Source of the DNA: an uncultured Candidatus Saccharibacteria bacterium
GTDB taxonomy: Bacteria; Patescibacteriota; Saccharimonadia; Saccharimonadales; 2-12-FULL-41-12
NCBI GenBank assembly: GCA_947085855.1
Contig: CAMTYB010000001.1
Coordinates: 21,788 to 85,787, forward strand
Direction: 5' to 3'
Length of the DNA stretch: 64,000 nt
Shown here piece by piece: positions 1 through 9,638 of this stretch. The notes under the pieces were generated by a model that saw nothing but the letters and a program-made list of their open reading frames with translations, ran no database searches and was not told where the DNA came from. A program made the position numbers and the translations under genes. Every line of letters starts with the position of its first letter. Within the stretch, counting starts at the first letter, position 1.

Positions 1-192
1 ACGATAATTGAGAAGAAGAATCAGATTACTACAGGTGGTAGGGGCACCGGAGGAGCGAGTGCATCGGCAAACGTGCTTTTATCTGTTGTGTTAGCGGTCG
101 GGCTTCCATATCTGATTTATTGGCAGATCGGTAACGTATATCTCAATCGTGATTTAAAGAAATATTCACCAAAAATTGGCAAACAACTGTAA
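1..192 (+). CDS. 3' end of unidentified protein with C-terminal membrane anchor (partial, starts upstream of window)
   Basis: Frame 1 open from base 1 to TAA 190-192; translation ...TGGRGTGGASASANVLLSVVLAVGLPYLIYWQ... = Gly-rich linker plus one hydrophobic helix; absent from ORF track because no start codon in window. Confidence 0.35.
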   Translation, partial: TIIEKKNQITTGGRGTGGASASANVLLSVVLAVGLPYLIYWQIGNVYLNRDLKKYSPKIGKQL

Positions 193-302
193 ATCTGTTA
201 AAATATTGACAACTTACTAAATAAATTGCTGACTAAAAGTCGCTACTGCAAGATATAGCGATGTTACAGCAAACGAGCACAGCTCGAGAAGGAATACCAC
301 CT

Positions 303-644
303 ATGGCAGACACATCTGCTCCCAAAAAAACACCTGATGGCAAACAGCGAATTCGCATTCGCCTTAAGGCCTATGACCACAAAGTAATTGACCAGTCTGC
401 TAAGCAGATCGTTGATACAGCGCTTCGCACTGGCGCTACCATTGCAGGTCCAGTACCGCTGCCAACCCGTCGAAGCACATTTACTGTCGTAAAAAGCCCG
501 CACGTCTACAAAAAAGGCCGTGAGCAATTTGAAATGCGCGTCCACAAGCGCCTTATTGATGTTTTGGACCCAACTCCAAAGACAATCGACTCTTTGATGA
601 ATCTCAGCTTGCCAGCCGGTTGCGACGCTGAAATCAAGATGTAA
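303..644 (+). CDS. rpsJ: 30S ribosomal protein S10
   Basis: [21 protein letters not shown]...GPVPLPT...[21 protein letters not shown] is S10; track ORF (261) trimmed to ATG 303 (MADTS...) behind GAAGGA. Confidence 0.95.
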   Translation: MADTSAPKKTPDGKQRIRIRLKAYDHKVIDQSAKQIVDTALRTGATIAGPVPLPTRRSTFTVVKSPHVYKKGREQFEMRVHKRLIDVLDPTPKTIDSLMNLSLPAGCDAEIKM

Positions 645-682
645 TCAACTCTAGCGAACGCCCACAGCAACGGTCTTAACTA

Positions 683-711
683 TTGACATAGTTGCGCATA
701 AGTACTATAAT
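683..711 (+). promoter_or_regulatory. sigma70-type promoter for the inserted secreted-protein gene
   Basis: TTGACA (683-688), 17-nt spacer, TATAAT (706-711): perfect consensus hexamers. Confidence 0.6.
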
Positions 712-747
712 TAGAAGTATAATTATGTTTTATAAAAGAGGTATCAT

Positions 748-1386
748 ATGAAATCACGTACTATGCTTGCTCTTGCTGCTGCTGGCGCCATGACCGGTCC
801 TGCTGTAGCTCAAGCTGAAGTTTCTCCAGAATTTTACGCTACTGGCGGTGCCTTAGCCCCTGCTCTCGGTGAAGGCGAAGTGCCAACAAGCAACTCAGCC
901 GCAAACACCATCCCTGAATTTAAGAGTGTTGTCGGTACTGATGGCGACACCTACCCAGCACCTTGGGTTGCAAGCTGTGTGGCTGAAGCTGCCGGCACTG
1001 ATTCAGTCGATGAACTTAGCTCATTGAATCCGTCGGAATTTGTAGGCTCAGGCTACATTGGTAGAAGTCTAACTCGTTTCCAAGTACGCGTTATTGCCAA
1101 TGATGTATCAGGGCAGTGCGACAACGTAGTGACGAGTCGTGATGTTGCTGTTCAGCAAATCTATGCCGGTAAATCGAACATCAAAGGTGGTCCTGTGCAC
1201 TTTACGAGTCTTGAGGGCTATGACGCAACTCAGCGAGTTGGACTCAAGGCTGCCTTTACTTGTATTCGCGGTAAGCAATCTCGTGGCTATAAGATCAATG
1301 CAACCAACACAGTTGGTCTCGCTGATGGCACATCGTACACCTTTGCAGGTGGTAAGACCATTCGCGGCAAATCTGACGGCTGTTAG
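748..1386 (+). CDS. secreted protein of unknown function (signal peptide, 4 Cys)
   Basis: N-terminus MKSRTMLALAAAGAMTGPAVAQA/EV looks like a Sec signal peptide; RBS AAGAGG; own promoter and terminator; no family recognised. Confidence 0.7.
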   Translation: MKSRTMLALAAAGAMTGPAVAQAEVSPEFYATGGALAPALGEGEVPTSNSAANTIPEFKSVVGTDGDTYPAPWVASCVAEAAGTDSVDELSSLNPSEFVGSGYIGRSLTRFQVRVIANDVSGQCDNVVTSRDVAVQQIYAGKSNIKGGPVHFTSLEGYDATQRVGLKAAFTCIRGKQSRGYKINATNTVGLADGTSYTFAGGKTIRGKSDGC

Positions 1387-1413
1387 ACCTCAGTAAATTA
1401 AGCCAAAACGCAA

Positions 1414-1447
1414 ATACCCGGGAATCACTAGCCCGGGTATTGTTTTT
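1414..1447 (+). terminator. rho-independent terminator
   Basis: atacccggg / cccgggtat 9-bp stem, 9-nt loop, followed by tgttttt. Confidence 0.75.
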
Positions 1448-1468
1448 ATGCTTAACTAATACTATTCA

Positions 1469-1768
1469 ATGCCAAAAAAGAACAAAACTAACAAAAAGCG
1501 ATTAGCACCTAAGCGAGTCAGACAAATTCAAGAGACAGACAGTACGTACCTGTTTAAGCTCGTTATGTATCTAATTTTGGGCAGCTTATGGGTCAAAATT
1601 TCAACTAGTGACAGCTCACAAATTCCAATTCCTGTTGGTTTCATTATTGGCATTATCTTTGCGTCAAAAGATCGCTTCCAAATTGATCGCAAAATTGAGT
1701 ATGCAGTATTACTAATCGCTATGCTGGTCGGCTTCTGGCTGCCAATCGGCGTATATATTTCTTTGTAG
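1469..1768 (+). CDS. small membrane protein, basic N-terminus, 2-3 predicted TM helices
   Basis: MPKKNKTNKKRLAPKRVRQ... then hydrophobic stretches LFKLVMYLILGSLWV, PVGFIIGIIFA, AVLLIAMLVGFWLPIGVYI; no family recognised. Confidence 0.5.
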   Translation: MPKKNKTNKKRLAPKRVRQIQETDSTYLFKLVMYLILGSLWVKISTSDSSQIPIPVGFIIGIIFASKDRFQIDRKIEYAVLLIAMLVGFWLPIGVYISL

Positions 1769-1983
1769 TTTTTGCAACATATTGACAGGTGTTAGTAATC
1801 TGTGGTAATCTGTATTGGTATATACGTTTGCACAAGCAGTGGCGTACTCGGAAGGTCCATCCCATACAGGGGTAGAAACCATCAGTCGCCACAATTTTAA
1901 TGTCTTGCGTAAAAGCACATATTAAACAACAAATCGCATGATCAGGTTGATGATCCGCTGCGAATAATCCTTTCAGGAGCTCT

Positions 1984-2601
1984 ATGAAAGCATTAATTAC
2001 CCAAAAGGTTGGCATGACCAGTACCATCGCAGAAGACGGTACCGTAGCTGCTGTTACCTTGCTTTCCGCTAGTGAGAATGTGGTTACCCAACTTAAGTCA
2101 GACGAAACTGACGGGTATCAAGCGGTGCAAATTGGCTTTGGTGAAGCGAAGCATGTGGCTAAGCCGCAAGCAGGACACCTCAAGTCAGCAAAGAAAAATG
2201 TCAAGACGATGCGCGAAGTGCGCCTCGCAGAAAATTCAGAAGAAGAACTCAAGGTCGGCGATCTATTATCAGCCGATCTTTTTAGTGTCGGTGATGTCGT
2301 GGACGTAACTGGCATTAGTAAAGGCAAGGGTTGGGCTGGCACGATTAAGCGCCATAACTTCCATCGTCAGCGCAAATCGCACGGTGGCAAGGGCAATACC
2401 CGTAAGCCAGGTTCAATTGGTTCTATGTACCCACAGCGTATCTTCAAAGGCAAGAAGATGGCTGGTCAAATGGGACACGAACAGGTGACTGTTAAGAATT
2501 TGAAAGTTGCTTTGGTTGACACGGAATTGAAAGTCATCGGTGTATTCGGTGCTATTCCTGGTCCACGTAAAGGCATTGTACTTATCAAGGAGGCAAAATA
2601 A
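1984..2601 (+). CDS. rplC: 50S ribosomal protein L3
   Basis: QKVGMTS..., GKGWAGTIKRHNFHRQRKSHG motif; RBS AGGAG. Confidence 0.96.
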   Translation: MKALITQKVGMTSTIAEDGTVAAVTLLSASENVVTQLKSDETDGYQAVQIGFGEAKHVAKPQAGHLKSAKKNVKTMREVRLAENSEEELKVGDLLSADLFSVGDVVDVTGISKGKGWAGTIKRHNFHRQRKSHGGKGNTRKPGSIGSMYPQRIFKGKKMAGQMGHEQVTVKNLKVALVDTELKVIGVFGAIPGPRKGIVLIKEAK

Positions 2602-3239
2602 TGGCCACACCTACATTTTCAGCCAAAGGCGTAAAGGCTACTAAGCCAGTTGCTCTCGATAAAGCTGTTTTTAATGTTGAAGTAGCGAACCATCAATTGC
2701 TTAAGGATGCCTATGTTGCGTATCTGGCGAATGGTCGTGAGAACCTCTCTGTTACCAAGACTCGCGGTCTTGTAAGTGGTGGTGGCAAGAAGCCATGGAA
2801 GCAAAAAGGAACAGGCCGAGCCCGTTTTGGTAGCTCTCGAGTGCCAATTTGGCGCGGTGGTGGTATCACCTTTGGTCCAACTGGTAACGAAAACTACACC
2901 AAGAAACTGCACGTTAAAGCTAAGCGAACTGCAACCAGGCAAGCGCTTACCCTAGCGAGCCAAGCTGACAAAATTCGCGTTATTGAATCTTTTGTCAGTA
3001 CTGACGGCACTGTTAAGCCGACCGTTCAGCTGCTGAAAAAGATTGATGCCCAACGGCGTGTACTGCTTGTTGTTGATGTAAAAGACGAAATGGTTGTTCG
3101 TGCAACACGTAACATTGCTAACCTCAAGGTTGTTCAAGCCAACTACGTTAGTGTCTATGATGTGTTAAATGCCGACACCATTGTAATCACAAAACCATCC
3201 CTAGAAATGATTTCTAGCTGGCTCGGAGGCACTAAATAA
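2601..3239 (+). CDS. rplD: 50S ribosomal protein L4
   Basis: GGGKKPWKQKGTGRARFGSSRVPIWRGGGITFGP; start overlaps rplC stop. Confidence 0.96.
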   Translation: MATPTFSAKGVKATKPVALDKAVFNVEVANHQLLKDAYVAYLANGRENLSVTKTRGLVSGGGKKPWKQKGTGRARFGSSRVPIWRGGGITFGPTGNENYTKKLHVKAKRTATRQALTLASQADKIRVIESFVSTDGTVKPTVQLLKKIDAQRRVLLVVDVKDEMVVRATRNIANLKVVQANYVSVYDVLNADTIVITKPSLEMISSWLGGTK

Positions 3240-3625
3240 TGAGTAAATCACTAGCACTCAAGCCTCGTATGAGCGAAAAGACCTATGCAAGCTCACAGAG
3301 CACTAATACATTTGTTTTTGATGTGCCAACCTCAGCCAACAAAGTAGAGGTAGCTGCTGCGGTTGCTGCCCAGTTTGACGTAACAGTTACCAATGTGCGA
3401 ACGATTGTGGTTAAGGGCAAAAAGGCCCGCTCAATCCGACTTGGTAAATACCGTAAGAACGTTATGGGTCAGCGCAAAGACTACAAAAAAGCCTATGTAA
3501 CATTGGCCGAAGGCAATTCAATCCCTGTGTTTGCTGCCGTTGAAGAGGCCGAAGCTGCTGAGGCTAAGGCTACTGAAAAGGCTGAAAAAGCTGCCAAGAA
3601 GACTGAGAAGAAGGAGAAGAAATAA
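3239..3625 (+). CDS. rplW: 50S ribosomal protein L23 (with A/E/K-rich C-terminal tail)
   Basis: Position and L23-like core (FDVPTSANKVEVAAAV...KKAYVTL); tail EEAEAAEAKATEKAEKAAKKTEKKEKK. Confidence 0.92.
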   Translation: MSKSLALKPRMSEKTYASSQSTNTFVFDVPTSANKVEVAAAVAAQFDVTVTNVRTIVVKGKKARSIRLGKYRKNVMGQRKDYKKAYVTLAEGNSIPVFAAVEEAEAAEAKATEKAEKAAKKTEKKEKK

Positions 3626-4479
3626 TGGCAATTAAACTATACAATCCAACCACTCCTGGCCGCCGAGGCATGACTACTCAGGACTTCGATGCCATTACAA
3701 CTAAAAAGCCTCTCAAGTCACTCGTAACTTTTAAGAAGCAGAAAAGTGGCCGTAACAACGCTGGTCGCATTACTACGCGTCACCGCGGTGGTGGTGCTCG
3801 TAAGTTCTATCGAATCATGAATTTCCGCTTGGCTGCAGGTACAACTGCAACCGTTGAACATATTGAATATGATCCAAACCGCAGTGCTCACATCGCTCGT
3901 ATCAAAGACAGTGAAAACAAGTATCACTACATCCTCGCTGCCCAAGGCATGAAGCCGGGTGACACTATTGCAGCTGGCGAAGAAGCTCCGATTGAAGTCG
4001 GTAATCGGCTACCACTTCAAGATATCCCAACCGGTAGTGTGATTCACGCTATTGAATTGCAGGCAGGTAAAGGCGCCCAGATTGTTCGTAGCGCTGGTGG
4101 TAGTGCTCAGTTGGTAGCCAAAGAAGACAATTATGCCCAGGTACGCTTACCGAGTGGCGAAGTTCGACTTGTCCACTTGACGTGCACTGCAAGCATCGGT
4201 GCGGTTGGCAATGGTCAACACCAGAACATCAAGATTGGTAAAGCTGGTCGTAACCGACGAAAAGGTATTCGCCCGGGCGTTCGTGGTGTTGTGATGAACG
4301 CTGCTGATCACCCGCATGGTGGTGGTGACGGTGGTCGTCATGGTATCGGTGGTGGTAAAAACCACGGTGCTGCTCCGCGTACACCATGGGGACAGAAAAC
4401 ACTTGGTTTCAAAACTCGTCGACGCAAGAGTACTAATAAGTTAATTGTAAGAAGCCGACATTCGGCGAAGAGGAAATAG
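3625..4479 (+). CDS. rplB: 50S ribosomal protein L2
   Basis: TTRHRGGGARK..., MNAADHPHGGGDG motif. Confidence 0.97.
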   Translation: MAIKLYNPTTPGRRGMTTQDFDAITTKKPLKSLVTFKKQKSGRNNAGRITTRHRGGGARKFYRIMNFRLAAGTTATVEHIEYDPNRSAHIARIKDSENKYHYILAAQGMKPGDTIAAGEEAPIEVGNRLPLQDIPTGSVIHAIELQAGKGAQIVRSAGGSAQLVAKEDNYAQVRLPSGEVRLVHLTCTASIGAVGNGQHQNIKIGKAGRNRRKGIRPGVRGVVMNAADHPHGGGDGGRHGIGGGKNHGAAPRTPWGQKTLGFKTRRRKSTNKLIVRSRHSAKRK

Positions 4480-4482
4480 TAT

Positions 4483-4758
4483 ATGAGTCGTTCATTAAAG
4501 AAAGGTCCATTTATTGATCCAAAGCTCGCTAAGAAAGTTGAAGCTTTGGGCTCTGAAGACCGAACTATCATCAAGACTTGGGCTCGCGCTTGTGCTATCC
4601 CTCCTGAATTTGTTGGCCGCACTATCGCTGTCCACAATGGTCGTGTTCATGTGCCGGTTTTTGTTACAGAAAACATGGTTGGGCATAAGCTTGGTGAATT
4701 TGCTCCAACTCGTAAGTTCCGCTCACATGGCGGCAAACTCGCGAAAGGTAAGAAGTAA
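4483..4758 (+). CDS. rpsS: 30S ribosomal protein S19
   Basis: SLKKGPFID...[33 protein letters not shown]. Confidence 0.97.
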   Translation: MSRSLKKGPFIDPKLAKKVEALGSEDRTIIKTWARACAIPPEFVGRTIAVHNGRVHVPVFVTENMVGHKLGEFAPTRKFRSHGGKLAKGKK

Positions 4759-5159
4759 TGAGTGTTAAAGCAACTGCTAAAAGCGTTCGTATGAGCCCCC
4801 GCAAAGTCGGTGTTGTAGCCGCCCTTGTTCGTGGTCGCAGTGTTAATGATGCATTAACTATCTTGCAGCATGTGCCGCGTCGTGCAAGTACTCCTGTCAA
4901 AAAAGTTATTGAAAGCGCCCGTGCTAACGCCGAGAACAACCATAACTACAAGCCAGACAGTCTTGTTATTAGTCACATCTCCGTTACGCCTGGTCCTCGT
5001 TTAAAGCGTTTCCGCCCAGCTGCTCATGGACGTGCCTTGCCATTTGAGCGCAAGACAAGTCACATTTTTGTGCAGGTTGAAGGCGAAGTTAAGCAAGTAA
5101 AGCCAACCAAGAAGCCAGTTGAAAAGGCTGCTCCAAAAGCTAAGAAGGAGGCTAAGTAA
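4758..5159 (+). CDS. rplV: 50S ribosomal protein L22 (K-rich C-terminal tail)
   Basis: SPRKVGVVAALVRGRSVNDALTILQ...; order S19-L22-S3. Confidence 0.95.
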   Translation: MSVKATAKSVRMSPRKVGVVAALVRGRSVNDALTILQHVPRRASTPVKKVIESARANAENNHNYKPDSLVISHISVTPGPRLKRFRPAAHGRALPFERKTSHIFVQVEGEVKQVKPTKKPVEKAAPKAKKEAK

Positions 5160-5788
5160 TGGGACAAAAAGTAAATCCAATTAGCATGCGCCTTCAGGTC
5201 AATAAGGACTGGCGTAGCAAGTGGTTCGCATCAAAGAAGGATTACGCATCGTATCTTACGCAAGATCTTACGGTTCGTCGTCTTATTTCAGATAAGCTTG
5301 GTTCACGTGCTGCTATCAACAAAGTAGACATTGAACGTTCGCCTAACCTCGTAACGGTTACTATCACTACAGCTAAGGCTGGTGTCGTTATTGGTCGTGG
5401 TGGTGCTGGTGCTCAAGAACTTAAGAAAGCCATCGAGAAGATCTACGGAGTTCAGACTCGTGTTAACATCGAAGAAATTAAGAAGTCAGAACTGTATGCT
5501 AAGTTGGTAGCTGAAAATATCGCTCACCAACTAGAGCGACGTATTTCATTCCGACGCGCTATTAAGCAATCATCAGCTGCAACTATGCGTGCTGGTGCCC
5601 TCGGTATTCGCATTGAAGTGTCCGGTCGCTTAAACGGTGCTGAAATGTCACGTCGCGAAAAAGAAGTAGCTGGTTCTGTGCCGCTTCACACTATTCGAGC
5701 AAACATTGACTATGCCCAGGTTGCAGCGCGAACTCCAGCCGGTATCATCGGTGTGAAAGTTTGGATCTATAAAGGGGAGACACTGTAA
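5159..5788 (+). CDS. rpsC: 30S ribosomal protein S3
   Basis: [12 protein letters not shown]...WRSKWFA, KH-domain GRGGAG. Confidence 0.97.
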   Translation: MGQKVNPISMRLQVNKDWRSKWFASKKDYASYLTQDLTVRRLISDKLGSRAAINKVDIERSPNLVTVTITTAKAGVVIGRGGAGAQELKKAIEKIYGVQTRVNIEEIKKSELYAKLVAENIAHQLERRISFRRAIKQSSAATMRAGALGIRIEVSGRLNGAEMSRREKEVAGSVPLHTIRANIDYAQVAARTPAGIIGVKVWIYKGETL

Positions 5789-6204
5789 TGTTGATGCCTA
5801 ATAAGACCAAATATCGTCGCGTTATGAAGGGCCGCATTAAGGGCCCGGCTACGAGCGGTAATACGATTGCCTTCGGTACGTACGCCCTACAATCAATGGG
5901 TGCAGAGCGTATTACCAGTCGCCAGATTGAATCTGCTCGACAGGCCATGACTCGCTACATTAAGCGTGGTGGCAAAATTTGGATCCGAATTTTCCCACAC
6001 ACTCCAGTTACCCGTAAGCCACTTGGCTTGAAAATGGGCGGCGGCAAGGGTTCACCAGAATTCTTTGTTGCTAAAGTTCGAACTGGTACCATTTTGTTTG
6101 AAATGCAAGGTGTTAGTGAGGAAGTTGCACGTGAAGCTATGCGTTTGGCTGCCCACAAGCTACCAGTAAAAACCAAGTTCATTATACGGGAGGGTGAATC
6201 ATGA
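5788..6204 (+). CDS. rplP: 50S ribosomal protein L16
   Basis: [16 protein letters not shown]...[21 protein letters not shown]. Confidence 0.97.
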   Translation: MLMPNKTKYRRVMKGRIKGPATSGNTIAFGTYALQSMGAERITSRQIESARQAMTRYIKRGGKIWIRIFPHTPVTRKPLGLKMGGGKGSPEFFVAKVRTGTILFEMQGVSEEVAREAMRLAAHKLPVKTKFIIREGES

Positions 6205-6401
6205 AAACCGCCGAAATCCGAAAAATGAAAACTGCTGACATTGCTACTTCTGTTACAACTCTCCGTGAGGAAATAGCCGAATTGCGACGACGCATCCATA
6301 TGGGTGAAACTCAGAACGTTCGTATTTTGCGTAGTAAGCGGAAAGACCTCGCCCGCATGTTAACCATAATGAGTGAAAATCTTGAGAAGGAGACAGCCTG
6401 A
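6201..6401 (+). CDS. rpmC: 50S ribosomal protein L29
   Basis: 66 aa, [11 protein letters not shown]...[13 protein letters not shown]; order L16-L29-S17. Confidence 0.93.
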   Translation: MKTAEIRKMKTADIATSVTTLREEIAELRRRIHMGETQNVRILRSKRKDLARMLTIMSENLEKETA

Positions 6402-6721
6402 TGGCAAAGACGTTAATCGGTGTGGTTTCATCTGTGGCTCCAAGTAAGACGATTGTCATTACGGTTCACACACGAAAGACACATCCCCTATATAAGAAGC
6501 AATATACCGTTACATCGAAGTATATGGCACATGATGAAAATAATGATTGCGCTGTTGGCGATAAAGTTTCAATTATTGAGACTCGTCCACTGTCTGCGCG
6601 TAAGCGTTATAAGCTTAACGAAATCATCCAGCGTGCCGAGTTATCACAAGCCGACAAGGCTGCGATTACTGACAGTGAAAAAGATGCTCAGACCGAAGAC
6701 AACGAGGAGAAGCAAGCATGA
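6401..6721 (+). CDS. rpsQ: 30S ribosomal protein S17 (acidic C-terminal tail)
   Basis: GVVSS...[18 protein letters not shown]...; tail [16 protein letters not shown]. Confidence 0.94.
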   Translation: MAKTLIGVVSSVAPSKTIVITVHTRKTHPLYKKQYTVTSKYMAHDENNDCAVGDKVSIIETRPLSARKRYKLNEIIQRAELSQADKAAITDSEKDAQTEDNEEKQA

Positions 6722-7086
6722 TACAGCAAGAATCACGCCTAACTGTTTGCGATAACTCGGGTGCTAAAGAAATCCTTTGCATTCGTGTGCTTGGTGGTAC
6801 TCGCCGTCGGTACGCTCACGTTGGTGACATTATTGTTGCAACTGTAAAGCAAGCTAGTCCAACTGGTACAGTCAAGAAGAAGAGCGTTGTACGTGCCGTA
6901 GTGGTACGAACCCAGAATCAGATTCGACGTAAAGACGGCTCGACCATTAAGTTTGATGATAACGCAGCCGTTATTATTGGCGAAGATAAACTACCACGCG
7001 CTACTCGTATTTTTGGTCCAATCCCACGCGAATTGCGTGATCTGGGCTACAGCAAAATTGTTAGCCTTGCACCGGAGGTCCTGTAA
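6718..7086 (+). CDS. rplN: 50S ribosomal protein L14
   Basis: [27 protein letters not shown]. Confidence 0.97.
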   Translation: MIQQESRLTVCDNSGAKEILCIRVLGGTRRRYAHVGDIIVATVKQASPTGTVKKKSVVRAVVVRTQNQIRRKDGSTIKFDDNAAVIIGEDKLPRATRIFGPIPRELRDLGYSKIVSLAPEVL

Positions 7087-7421
7087 TGAGCGACTCAACT
7101 ATCTATAAGATCCGCCTCAAGAAGGATGACACTGTCGTCGTCCTTGCCGGCAAGTACAAAGGCAAAACCGGCAAAATTACTGCCGTACACCCAACCGAGA
7201 ACAAAGTTACTGTTGAAGGCATCAATGTGGTCAAGAAGGCTCTCAAGCCAAGTCAGACCCGTCCACAAGGTGGCATCGTCGAGATTACTAAACCAATCTG
7301 GGTTAGTAAAGTGGCACTCATTGAACCTACGAGCAAGAAACCATCTCGAGTTGGCTATAACATCGATAAAACAGGTAAAAAGGTGCGCGTTTACAAGCGA
7401 ACCGGAAAGGAAGTTAAGTAA
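7086..7421 (+). CDS. rplX: 50S ribosomal protein L24
   Basis: KOW motif KKDDTVVVLAGKYKGKTGKI. Confidence 0.95.
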   Translation: MSDSTIYKIRLKKDDTVVVLAGKYKGKTGKITAVHPTENKVTVEGINVVKKALKPSQTRPQGGIVEITKPIWVSKVALIEPTSKKPSRVGYNIDKTGKKVRVYKRTGKEVK

Positions 7422-8026
7422 TGGCTACAGAAACTAAGTCACCCAAGACCAAAGCTCCTGCTGCATCAGCTGCTACCCTTCCGCGTCTTAAAAAGGCCTA
7501 CCTGGAACAGTACAAGACTGAGCTTAAAGAAGAACTTGGCCTTAAAAATGTTAACCAAGTTCCAAAGCTTGAAAAGATTGTTATCAATGTTGGCATGGGT
7601 CGTTCAAAGGACGATAAGCGCTTATTTGAAGTCGCGACCAACACTATCGAAAAAATCACTGGTCAGAAGCCAATTAACACCTACGCTAAGTTAAGCATCG
7701 CGAGCTTTAAGCTACGAGAAGGCAACAAAGTTGGTATTAAAGTGACCCTTCGAGGTGACAAAATGTATGAATTCATGGATCGCTTTATTAATATCGTCTT
7801 GCCACGCTTGCGTGACTTTCACGGTGTTAGCAATAAAGCGTTTGATAAGCAGGGAAATTACAGTATTGGCGTGATCGAGCAGTCAATCTTCCCTGAGCTT
7901 AGCTTTGAAGAAACCGCCCACCCGCATGGCCTGCAAGTAGTCTTCGTGAGTACGTCACAGGATCCAGCTGAAGCAAAGGCACTATTAGGTAAATTTGGTA
8001 TGCCATTCCAAAAGGAGAATAAGTAG
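7421..8026 (+). CDS. rplE: 50S ribosomal protein L5
   Basis: [18 protein letters not shown]...[13 protein letters not shown]. Confidence 0.96.
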   Translation: MATETKSPKTKAPAASAATLPRLKKAYLEQYKTELKEELGLKNVNQVPKLEKIVINVGMGRSKDDKRLFEVATNTIEKITGQKPINTYAKLSIASFKLREGNKVGIKVTLRGDKMYEFMDRFINIVLPRLRDFHGVSNKAFDKQGNYSIGVIEQSIFPELSFEETAHPHGLQVVFVSTSQDPAEAKALLGKFGMPFQKENK

Positions 8027-8027
8027 C

Positions 8028-8297
8028 ATGGCTCGAAAGTCGAATATAGCACGAGATAAAAAGCGCACTAAAATGATTGATAAGTATGCAGCTAAGCGCG
8101 CTGAGCTCAAAGAGCTCGGTGATCGTGAAGGTCTGCATCTGTTGCCACGCAACTCATCTCCGACTCGTCGCAAGAATCGCTGTACGCAAACTGGTCGTCC
8201 ACATGCTTACATGCGTCAGTTTGGTTTGAGTCGTATCACATTCCGCGAACATGCCTCTAAGGGTGAAATCCCGGGCGTAACAAAGGCGAGCTGGTAA
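8028..8297 (+). CDS. rpsN: 30S ribosomal protein S14 (long, non-zinc-ribbon type)
   Basis: [13 protein letters not shown]...YAAKRAELK...[11 protein letters not shown]; track ORF (7995) trimmed to ATG 8028 right after rplE stop. Confidence 0.93.
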   Translation: MARKSNIARDKKRTKMIDKYAAKRAELKELGDREGLHLLPRNSSPTRRKNRCTQTGRPHAYMRQFGLSRITFREHASKGEIPGVTKASW

Positions 8298-8307
8298 AGG
8301 AGCGCAT

Positions 8308-8703
8308 ATGGTAAGTACAGATCCAATTTCAGACATGCTAACGCGCATCCGCAACGCTATTTTGGTTTCCAAAACCGAAACGCGCATGCCGTACTCTAAA
8401 ATCAAAGAGAATGTCGCAAAACTACTAAAAGAAAACAACTTTATTGATGGCGTAGCTGTTGAAGGTGAAGGCATTGCCAAAACCTTGATAGTAACTATCA
8501 ATACGCAAGATGCCAACGCTCGTATTACTGAAATCCAGCGTCTGAGTCGTCCAGGTCGTCGTTCTTACACCACTGTTGATAACATTCCAACTGTTAAGCG
8601 CGGTCGTGGTATCGTCATCATCTCAACCTCAAAGGGCTTGATGACTGGCGACGAGGCCAAGAAGACCCGCATTGGCGGCGAATTAATTTGTAAAGTTTAT
8701 TAG
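8308..8703 (+). CDS. rpsH: 30S ribosomal protein S8
   Basis: DPISDMLTRIRNA... Confidence 0.96.
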   Translation: MVSTDPISDMLTRIRNAILVSKTETRMPYSKIKENVAKLLKENNFIDGVAVEGEGIAKTLIVTINTQDANARITEIQRLSRPGRRSYTTVDNIPTVKRGRGIVIISTSKGLMTGDEAKKTRIGGELICKVY

Positions 8704-8740
8704 AACGTAAAGATTTAAGAAGAATTTAAGGAATATTAAG

Positions 8741-9280
8741 ATGAGTCGAATAGGAAAACTGCCGATTGCTATCCCAAGTGGCGTGACAATCACTGTCGAC
8801 CCAGCAGAAATTACGGTTAACGGTCCCAAGGGATCACTGAGCCAGTTCACAATGCCGGGTATCACCATAAAGCAAGAAGGCAATGAAGTAATTGTCGGTC
8901 GCGACAATGATGAAGCCGTCAACCGTGCTAAACATGGTTTGATGCGTTCACTTATCAACAACATGATTGTTGGTGTTAGCCAAGGTTTTGAAAAGAAGCT
9001 GGAAGTAAATGGTGTTGGCTTTCGCGTCAACTTAGCCGGAAGTGATCTTAAAATGTTCCTCGGTTTCTCACACGAAGTCGTGTATTCATTGCCTCAAGGC
9101 ATTACTGCCAAAGTTGAGCAAAACACAATCACTGTGAGCGGCATTAGCAAACAGCAGGTTGGCCAGGTTGCAGCTGAAATTCGGGCTCTCAAGAAGCCTG
9201 AACCGTACAAAGGTAAAGGTATTAAGTACGCTGATGAGCGAATTATTCGCAAGTCAGGTAAGTCAGGGAAGGATAAGTAA
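8741..9280 (+). CDS. rplF: 50S ribosomal protein L6
   Basis: MSRIGKLPIAIPSGV...; two L6 repeats. Confidence 0.96.
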   Translation: MSRIGKLPIAIPSGVTITVDPAEITVNGPKGSLSQFTMPGITIKQEGNEVIVGRDNDEAVNRAKHGLMRSLINNMIVGVSQGFEKKLEVNGVGFRVNLAGSDLKMFLGFSHEVVYSLPQGITAKVEQNTITVSGISKQQVGQVAAEIRALKKPEPYKGKGIKYADERIIRKSGKSGKDK

Positions 9281-9282
9281 GT

Positions 9283-9636
9283 ATGAATCGTTTAGCGTCT
9301 AAGCGCACAAACAGTCAGCGACGTCAAAATCGAGTTCGAACTACTGTTCGGAATAGCTCTGACCGCCCTCGTTTGAGTGTATTTATCAGCAATCGTCACA
9401 TCTCAGCCCAAATTATTGATGACACCAAGCATGCTACATTGGTTGCAGCTAGTACGGTTGGCAAAAAAGTTTCAGGTTCATTGAGTGAACAGGCTGCAGA
9501 AATTGGCCAAGAGCTTGCTAAGCAAGCCAAAGCAAAAAAGATTAAAACTGTTGTCTTTGACCGCGGACCAAAACTATATCATGGTCGCGTCAAGGCCCTA
9601 GCGGATGCGGCTCGTGCCGGAGGATTGGAGTTCTAA
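9283..9636 (+). CDS. rplR: 50S ribosomal protein L18
   Basis: RPRLSVFISNRHISAQIIDD...YHGRVKALADAAR..GL.F. Confidence 0.95.
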   Translation: MNRLASKRTNSQRRQNRVRTTVRNSSDRPRLSVFISNRHISAQIIDDTKHATLVAASTVGKKVSGSLSEQAAEIGQELAKQAKAKKIKTVVFDRGPKLYHGRVKALADAARAGGLEF

Positions 9637-9638
9637 TT

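Noticed and set aside
213-245. A promoter for rpsJ (TTGACA at 213-218).
   Set aside because: No acceptable -10 hexamer lies at 16-19 nt spacing (ctgact/taaaag only), so the call is left out.
261-302. Longer N-terminal versions of rpsJ (261), rpsN (7995), rpsD (13582), rplK (41173), the M20 gene (28647), cysS (56526), NUDIX (63178) and the alpha/beta hydrolase (37201) as given in the ORF track.
   Set aside because: In each case an internal ATG preceded by a better RBS reproduces the canonical N-terminus of the family. The extension would also overlap the preceding gene.
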